64,000 nucleotides of DNA from a virus, in IMG/VR virus record IMGVR_UViG_3300037307_000190; one strand, written 5' to 3'. This document shows positions 8,401 to 17,400 of this stretch, in pieces. A program made the position numbers and the translations under genes. The notes below the pieces were generated by a model. It was given only the letters and a program-made list of their open reading frames with translations, searched no databases and was not told the DNA's origin. Every line of letters begins with the position of its first letter. The stretch's first letter is position 1.

Positions 8401-11400
8401 CACCCAAGCCCTGCTGAGTCAGGAGCCGCCGCCGCAGATCCCTCCTGCGGCGGCGCCTACCAACATCCCCACCGAGAAGCCCAAGATCGTCCCGAGCAAG
8501 AACACCATCTTCACCGACGAGATGAGGGAATCGGCTCGCGCAGTGCTGCGCAGCAAGCTGCGTAACATCAACAGCGGCCTCGACCCGGAAGTTGTTCAGG
8601 CCGGCATCACGATCGCCGGCTATCACATTGAGAAGGGTGCGCGCACGTTCGCGGCCTACGCGAAGGCCATGGTCGCTGACCTTGGGCACGGCATCAAGCC
8701 GTACCTGAAGAGCTGGTACATGGCGGCGAAGTACGACGATCGCCTGTCACCCTTCTCCAAAGAGATGGACGACGAGAACACGATCTTGTCGTGGCGCCCA
8801 TCCGAGTTGAAGAGCCCTGAAGGCCGCAACGAGGTTGCCAAGGAAGTCGCCGCGCACTTCGACGCCGGCAACGCATTCCCGACCATCAACGAAGCGCGCA
8901 CGTTCGTCGCCAGCCTCACCGGCGAGAAGATCGAGCCGGGTACGCAGGAAGCCAAGCTCACCGACGAGGCCGTAGAGAACGGAGTCGTCCTGGCCGCGCG
9001 CAAGATCGTGGCCGCCGGCCGCGAGCAAGGCCAGGACGACGGCGCCATCTTCGGTCGGCTGGTCAAGTTGTATGACAGCCAGCCGAATCTTGGTGTGCGG
9101 TCTAGCACGAGCATCCGAGAGCAGGCGTACTCGACGCCGACGCCGCTGGCGTTCATCACATCGCGTCTGGCCAACGTGAAGCCGACCGATCGCGTCGGCG
9201 AGCCCACCGCCGGCAATGCCGCGCTGCTTGTCGAGGTCGATCCGAAGAATGCCGTCGTCAATGAACTGAACCCGGATCGGGCCGACAATCTCAAGCAGCT
9301 CGGCTTCTCGCCGTCGGCCAACGACGCGGCGACGACCGATCTGGCGACGCCGAAGAGTCTGGACGTGGTTTTGATGAATCCGCCATTCGGCGCCGTCAAG
9401 GACGCAGAGGGCAACACCAAGTCCTATCAGCTCACCGAGAACGTCAGGACCAACGAGGTCGATCAAGCCATCGCGTGGAACTCCCTGAAGGCCATGAAGG
9501 ACGACGGCCGGGCCGTGTTGCTGCTCGGCGGCGTGGATGCGACCGACCCCGAACAGATCCGCGAGGGGTACAGATCGCGGGCCAAGCGCGAGTTCTACTG
9601 GCGCCTTTACAACGACTACAACGTCGTCGACCATTTCACCGTGGACGGCGGTCTTTACTCGCGTCAGGGTGCGGGGTATCCTGTTGACGTCGTTGTCATA
9701 CGTGGTCGCGGGAAGACGCAGGGACGCCAACTGCCGGCGGCGCAACTGCCGGATCGGCTGACGAGCTGGCAACAGATCAAGGAGCGTGCAGATGGCCTCG
9801 CGCAAGAACGTAACGCTGGTGCCCTTCTGCCCGGAGTACGTGGACCCGGAGCTGGGGTCGGTGCTGGTCCCGAAGGGGGAGGTGTCGCAAGCCCAGTGGT
9901 GGGAGGCCCTGGCGTTCCGGGTGGCGGAGCTGGTGAGCAAGGAGCACGACCCGCAGGCGGCAATGTACCAAGCAGCGAGGGCGCTGGGAACCGGCCTACC
10001 GGACGACCCGCAGGAAGCGGGAGCAATGTTCGTCCTGTCCAACCTGCAACTGAAAAACGCCCTGTCGCATCAGGCGAACGACCACAGCCTGCAGTTTCCG
10101 GCGAAGGCGGCGCTCGGAAACCCGTCGGCCAAGCAGGCACTCAAGGAGGTCGACCTTCAGAGGTGGGTGGAACTCGCGTCGTCACAGGTGAGCGAGTCGA
10201 GTCTGGAATAGGTGCCGACCGGCGCGGTCAGGAAACCGAAACCGCAACTCAGGTCGCGTACAAGCCGAAATCCAAGGTTCCATCGGTCGGCACGCTGGTG
10301 CCGGTGAACCTGCGCGATCCGATCCAGGAATCGCTGAGCCGCATGGAGCAGGAGCACGGCAATCTCGACACCTACGTCGCCAGGGAACTCGGCATTCCGC
10401 TTCAGGACGCGCGCGACTACTTCTCGGCTGAACAGGTCGATGCGCTGGCGATGGCGATCCACAACGCCAACAACGGCTCGGGCTTCATCATCGGCGACCA
10501 GACCGGCATCGGCAAGGGTCGGGTGGTGGCCGGCATGATCCGCTACGCGATGAAGCAGGGCAAAGTCCCGTTGTTCGTGACCGAGAAGCCGAATCTGTAT
10601 GGCGACATGATTCGCGATCTCGACGACACCGGCATGACCGATGTCCTGAAGCTGGACACCAGAACCCCGGCGATCTTCATCACCAACGAAGAAACGATTC
10701 CATACTCGCTGATTCGCCAGATCGACGGCGAGAGCGTTGAACGGGCGTTGAAGCTCGCGCCGCCGGCCCGCGGCAAATCTCTCGCCGCAGCAATGGCCGA
10801 GATGCGCGACAAGAACAGTATCTCTCCGTACAAGGTGATCTTCACCACCTACAGCCAGATTCAGACGCAAAGGGGTGGAGCGACCGAGCGGATGCGTTTC
10901 ATCCAGCAGCTTGCGGACGGCGGCTTCGCCATCTTCGACGAAAGCCACAACGCGGGCGGGACGACCGTCACTCAGCCGCGCACCAAGGAGCAACGAGCAG
11001 CCGCCAAGCAAGGTGAAACGACGATGGGCCGCGCGGCATTCGTGCGCAAACTCGTTTCCAAGGCGTGGGGAACGCTGTTCTCGTCAGCCACGTATGCAAA
11101 GCGGCCTGACGTGATGGATCTCTACAGCAGCACGAACATGCGGCTGGCCGTTCCCAAGCTTGCCGATCTGGCCGACGCCATCACGGACGGCGGTGTGCCG
11201 ATGCAGCAGATCGTGGCGACGATGCTTGCCAAGGACGGGCAGTACATCCGTCGCGAGCGCACGTTCGCGGGCGTGGACTACAACACACGCGCGATGACGG
11301 TTGATCGCGAGACGGCCGAGAACATGGCCGAGTCGATGCGCGAGATCCTGAAGTTCTCGCGCCGGATGCAGACGCTGCTCAAGCAAAAGCAGAAATACCT

Positions 11401-14400
11401 CGACACGGAAGGCGTGAAGGTCGGCACGCTGGAAGGCGGCGAGAAGCAGACGATCCAAGCCACCAACTTCGGGTCGGTTATGCACAACCTCATCGACCAG
11501 ATGCTGTTGTCGTTGAAGGCCAAGGATTCGGTGGCGTTCGCCATCGAGCGGCTGAAAGCCGGCGAGAAGGTGGTGCTCACCGTGAGCAACACGATGGGCA
11601 GTTTCATCGAGAACTTCGCCGATGAAAACGGGCTGCGCAATGGCGACGCGATGTCGCTGAACTTCGGCGACCTCTACATACGCTACCTCGACAAGCAGCG
11701 GTACTACAAGGTGAAGACGCCCGGTGGCGCCACCGAGGAACGTTACATCGAAGACGAGGAAATGTCCGAGAAGGACTTGGCGCTGTACAAAGAGACGCGG
11801 GCGTTCATTAAGGGCGCAGGGTTCGGTGACGCACCGGTGTCGCCGATCGATTACATGCACCAGCAGCTTCGTGCCGCCGGCTACAAAACGGACGAGATCA
11901 CCGGACGCAACGTCGGGGTCAACTATGAAACGGAGATCCCGACGCTGCAATCGCGCAACGGCAGCATCAAACAGCGAGTCGATGCCATTCGCGGGTTCAA
12001 CAACGGATCGGTAGACGCCCTGATTCTCAACCAGTCGGGAGCTACGGGGCTGTCGCTGCACGCCTCGTCAAAGGTCCAAGACAAGCGGATGCGGCACATG
12101 ATTATCGTGCAGCCCGAAAAGAACATCGACACGCACGTCCAGATGTTGGGTCGGGTTCACCGCACGGGTCAGGTGAGGGTGCCGGCCTACACGCAGGCGA
12201 TGGCTGACATTCCAGCGGAGATGCGGCCAGCCGCGGTGCTGCTGAAGAAGATGGCGAGCCTGAACGCCAACACAACGGCGTCTCGCAAGAGCGCGGTGAC
12301 GGCAGAAGGCGTCGTTGACTTCATGAACGACTACGGTGGTCAGATCGCCATCGAGTACCTTGCGGACAACCCAGATGTCCACCAGTCTATCGGCGGCAAC
12401 AAGGTCATCGCGATCCCCGAAGATCCGAATGAAGCTAACGAAGACGTGATCCGCAAGCTCACGGGCTACATCCCGATCCTGCCAATTGCGACGCAGGAGA
12501 AGGTGTACGCGGATCTCGCGCAGCGGTACAACGAACTCATCGCCCGCGAAGACGCGATGGGAACCAACAAGCTCGAAGCGCGCACGCTCGATCTCGACGC
12601 AAAGACCCTGGGCCGTGAGTCGATCACCGAGAACAAGAGGGGCGACAGCATCTTCGCGCAACCGGCCTACATGGAGCGCGTCGACGTGAAGCGCACCGTC
12701 AAGCCGATGACCAACGCAGAGGTCGATGCGGCCATCGCCGAGCGATTGGGTGACAAGACGCAGCAGCAGTTCATCAACGATCTGTACGACACCGCACTGA
12801 AGGAAAAGGACGCCTTCATCGAACGTCGGGCCGCCGAACTGACGGAACTCGGTGCGGATGCCACACGCATCCAGCTCGTCAAGGACAACGTGAACCTGCA
12901 ATGGGGCACGGTGGCTGCGGTGCTGAGAACCTATCCTCCGGGCACGCGCGTGACGATGACGACCTCCGACGGCACGATCAACCACGGCACGGTGCTCGAC
13001 ATCCAGAATGCGCGCACGACGGCCAACCCGGTCGCCGGTTCGTCTTGGAAACTGACGCTGGCGCTCGTGAACGCTGATGCGCGTGTGCTGCAGATCAACG
13101 TTGGCCAGATCGGTACGCGCTACAACCTCAACGTCACCAACGTCGAGATCCCGGTCATCATGGGGACGGGAGGCGTCGAGTGGGTGACTGTCAAGGAGCT
13201 GCACGATCGTGGCCCCAACGTGCGGCGCGAGCGTCGCTACATCGTGACAGGCAACATCTTGGCGGGCTATTCCACCTACCAAGGTCAGATCATCACGTAC
13301 ACGAAGGACGACGGCACGACCGGGCAAGGCGTGCTGATGTCCAGGCTGTTCAACTTCGAGAAGGTTAAGGCAAGGAACATCAAGTTCACGTCGGCGGCGC
13401 CGCTGATGCAATTCCTGAAAGAGAGCGCCGATGCCGTCGTCACAACCGACGGCGGCCTTCGCGTCACCAAATGGAACGACCAGTATGTCTCGTTCCAGAC
13501 AGCGCCCTCCAAGCGTGAAGGCGGCCGCTACTTTCTCGACAAGCGCTTGACGGAAATTCTGCGCACTGACTTCTTCACGGTCAGCGGCAAGATGGTTGCT
13601 CGCGTGCGCGGCGGCGATGTCGAACAGATCGTGCGTCAGGCGCTCGAATACCTCATCACGGAACGCGACGAGGCATTCACCCCGCGCAACAACGTCGAGA
13701 AGGCCAAGAGCATCCTCGGCATTGGCAAGGTCGAAACGCCGACCATCAAGGCGCCCGAGCTGGACTTTGCGCCCGAGGGCGAGAAGCCGTCTGACCTCAA
13801 AGCTGGCGCGCGGGCGCCGGATCTCGACATACCGCCAGAAGGTGGCGGAGACGTCCGCTTCTCCCGCCAAGCCACCTCCCCCTGGTACAGCGACCTCGCC
13901 CGCCACGTCGAGAAGGCCGCAGGCGGCCTGCCGATGTTCGCTCGCGGCGAAGCGCAGGCAGCACGAGTCGTCGAAGTCCAGAAGCTCGCCGACTCGATCA
14001 CGTCCGCCTGGAAGGACGCGCCGACGATCAAGGTGGTCGAGAGCCTGCGTGACGAAGGCGTTCCAGAAGCGATCCGCAAGCAGGACCAGAAGCAGACTGC
14101 AAGCGGGGCCGCCAAGGGAGCGTCAGCCGTCTTCTACAAGAACACCGTCTATCTGGTTGCGGGTTCGCTTGGGACGCAACGGCAGGTCGCCGAAGCGGTG
14201 TTTCACGAAGTCCTCGGGCACTACGGGCTGCGCGCCACGTTCGGGGCGCAACTCAACCGCATCCTCGACAACATGGCACGTGTCAACCGTGCGCAGATCG
14301 AAGCCAAGGCCAAGGAGTACGGCCTCGACTTGAGCAAGGAAGGCGACCGCAGGATGGCGGCTGAGGAGGTGCTGGCCGATCTGGCAGAGAAGCGCCCGCA

Positions 14401-17400
14401 ATCGGGCTGGGTAAAGCAGGCGATCGCGGCGATCAGGACATGGCTGCGCGAGAACCTGCCGTCGGTGTTCGGCGACATGAAGATGAGCGATGCGGAACTG
14501 GTCCGCAACTACATCCTCCCGGCCAGACGGACGGTTGAGACAGGCACGCCAGCCAAGGGCGAGGGCCGCGCGGCATTCCAACGCGCGCCGATCGTGACGG
14601 AGACGCCGGAGTTCAAGAAGTGGTTCGGCGACAGCAAGGTGGTGAACGCTGACGGCAAGCCGCTGGTGGTGTATCACGGGACGACGGCTGATTTCGACGT
14701 GTTCGATCTCTCATGGACAGAAGTATCTCCGCGTGGAAACACGGCAGGAGCAGGTTTCTTCTTCGGGGAGTCTGCTCTTGAGGCAGAGGGATACACATGG
14801 GGTGCGCGCGGGCCAGAAGGCTCGATCATGCCGGTGTATCTGTCGATCAAGTCCCCCTACGTCATTGGCGAGAACAAGTACGACGATCCGGTATGGAATC
14901 GGATGGTTCAATCGAAGTCAGAAGCAAAGCGGGTGCGCGAAGAGCTGGTCGCCCAGGGGTACGACGGCATTCGCACCGCCCTTGGGGAGTGGGTTGCCTT
15001 CCGCCCCGAGCAGATCAAGAGCGCCACCGGCAACAGCGGCGCCTTCGACCCGACGAACCCGGACATCCGGTTCAGCAGGCGATCCACCGAGCTGCCCGAG
15101 TGGATCAGCAGCGGGCCTGCGGCTCTGCAGTCGGCGGCCAGAAAGTTCGAGACGTTCGCTCCCGGCAAGACGATCGGCGAGAAGTTCGACCAGTGGAAGA
15201 CCGGCCTGCTGGACCGTCTGATTCAGGGAACGATTGACGCCTACCTGCCGCTGAAGCGGCTGGACATGGACGCTTACATCCAAGCTCGGATGACGAAAGC
15301 GTCGGACGGCGCGCTCGAAGGCACGCTGCTCTACGGAAAGCCGGTACTCGACGACGACGGTGGCGTGCGCGGCATCCTCGATGGCAAAGGCTTCCTAGGT
15401 CTGATGCAAGACCTCAACGGCGAGCACGATCGGTTCCTGCTGTGGGTGGCCGGCAACCGCGCTGCGCGCTTGTATTCGGAAGGCCGCGAGAACCTTCTTG
15501 AGCCCGAAGAAATCAAGGCGCTTCAGAAACTCGACAAGGACGTGATGACGGACGGACGCCAGCGCGCACAGGTCTACGAGAAGACGCAGCGCGAGTTCGC
15601 CCAGTTCAACAAGGCGGTGCTCGACTTCGCCGAGAAGGCCGGGATCGTCAACGGCACAGACCGCGACCAGTGGGAAGCCTACTTCTACGTGCCGTTCTTC
15701 CGCGTCAGCGAAGACAGCACGATCGAGGGCCCGTCGGTGAAGGTGCGCGGGCTGGTCGGGCAGCAGGGCATCAAGCGCCTGCTGGGCGGCAAGGACAACA
15801 TGGGCGACCCGCTGCAGAACACGATGATGAACTGGTCGCACCTGTTGTCGGCATCGCTCGCCAACGTCGCGGCCGGCAAGGCGCTGCGGGCCGCGCAAGC
15901 GCAGGGCGTGGCCGAGCAGACCACCGAAGCGGAGGCGCGGATCGTTGCCAAGGCATCGGGCTTCAGGGATGGCGCCGTTTACTACATGAAGGACGGTCAA
16001 AGGCAGTGGTACATGGTGGCCGACAACGCGGTGCTCTCGGCGATCACGTCGCTCGAACCGGTTGGGCTCAAGGGGCCGGCGTTCAAACTCATGCAGAAGG
16101 CCAAGTACTGGCTGACACTTGGCGCGACCATCTCGCCGGCGTTCAAGATCCGAAACCTCCTGCGCGACACCGTGGCCGCACCGGGCATCAACCAGATGTC
16201 CTACAACGTCCTGTCCAACGTGATTCAGGGCTGGAAGGGGACGAAGAAGACCTCGGAGCACTACCAGCAGATGATGTTCTCGGGTGGCCTGATGCGATTC
16301 GGCACGCTGATCGAAGGCGAGCGCGGCTTGCACGCCAAGCGGCTGATCGAGGCCGGCATCAAGGACCAGACCATTCTCGACACACCCGAAAAAATCAAGG
16401 CCGCGACGACCAAGTTGTGGGATACGTGGCAGGAGTTCGGCGACAGGATGGAGAACGTCAATCGTTCTGCCCTGTACGACCAGCTCAAGAAGCAGGGCAA
16501 GAGCCATCGGGAAGCTGCATTCCTCACGCGCGACCTCATGGACTTCTCGCTGCACGGCTCATGGGCCGGCATGAGAATCCTCACGCAAGTCGTGCCGTTC
16601 CTGAACGCCCGGATTCAGGGCCTCTACAAGCTGGGCCGCGCCTACAAGGACGACCGCAAGCGCTTCGCCACGATGACGGGCGCGGTGGCCCTGACATCGA
16701 TCGCTTTGATGCTGGCCTACAAAGACGACGACGAGTGGAAGCAGCGGGAAGACTGGGACCGTGACTTCTACTGGTGGTTCAAGCTCGACGGCGTGGCCTA
16801 CCGCATCCCGAAGCCGTTCGAGATTGGCGCCCTGGGCACGATCGCCGAGCGCACGGCGGAACTGCTGGTGGACGACGAGATGAACGGCAAGCGCTATGCG
16901 GAACGCCTGAAGCAGATGGCGCTGCATACATTCAGCATGAACCCGGTGCCGCAGTTGTTTAAGCCGATGGTCGACCTGTACGCGAACAACGACTCGTTCA
17001 CCGGCCGCCCGATCGAGACGTTTGCGATGGAGGGCCGATCGAAGTCAGAGCGCACCGGCCCCAGCACGACGGCGCTCGCAAAGTTCCTCGGCTCTGCTGG
17101 TGACGTGACGGGCGTTTCTCCGGCACAGATCGATTTCGTCATCGGCGCCTACTTCGGCTGGCTGGGGATGATGACCGCAGCCGTCGTCGATACCGCGGTC
17201 AGCCCCGTGTCGTCCGTGCCGGCGCCGGCCAAGCGTTGGGACGACTGGGCCATGCGATTTGCCACGGAGCTTCCTGAAGCGCAGTCTCGCTACGTCACGA
17301 ACTTCTACAACTCGGCCAAAGAAGCGCAGGGCATCCTGGCCGATCTGCGCGCGGCGCGCGAAGAGCGCGACATGGAGCGGATCGCCGAGCTGATGGCCGA

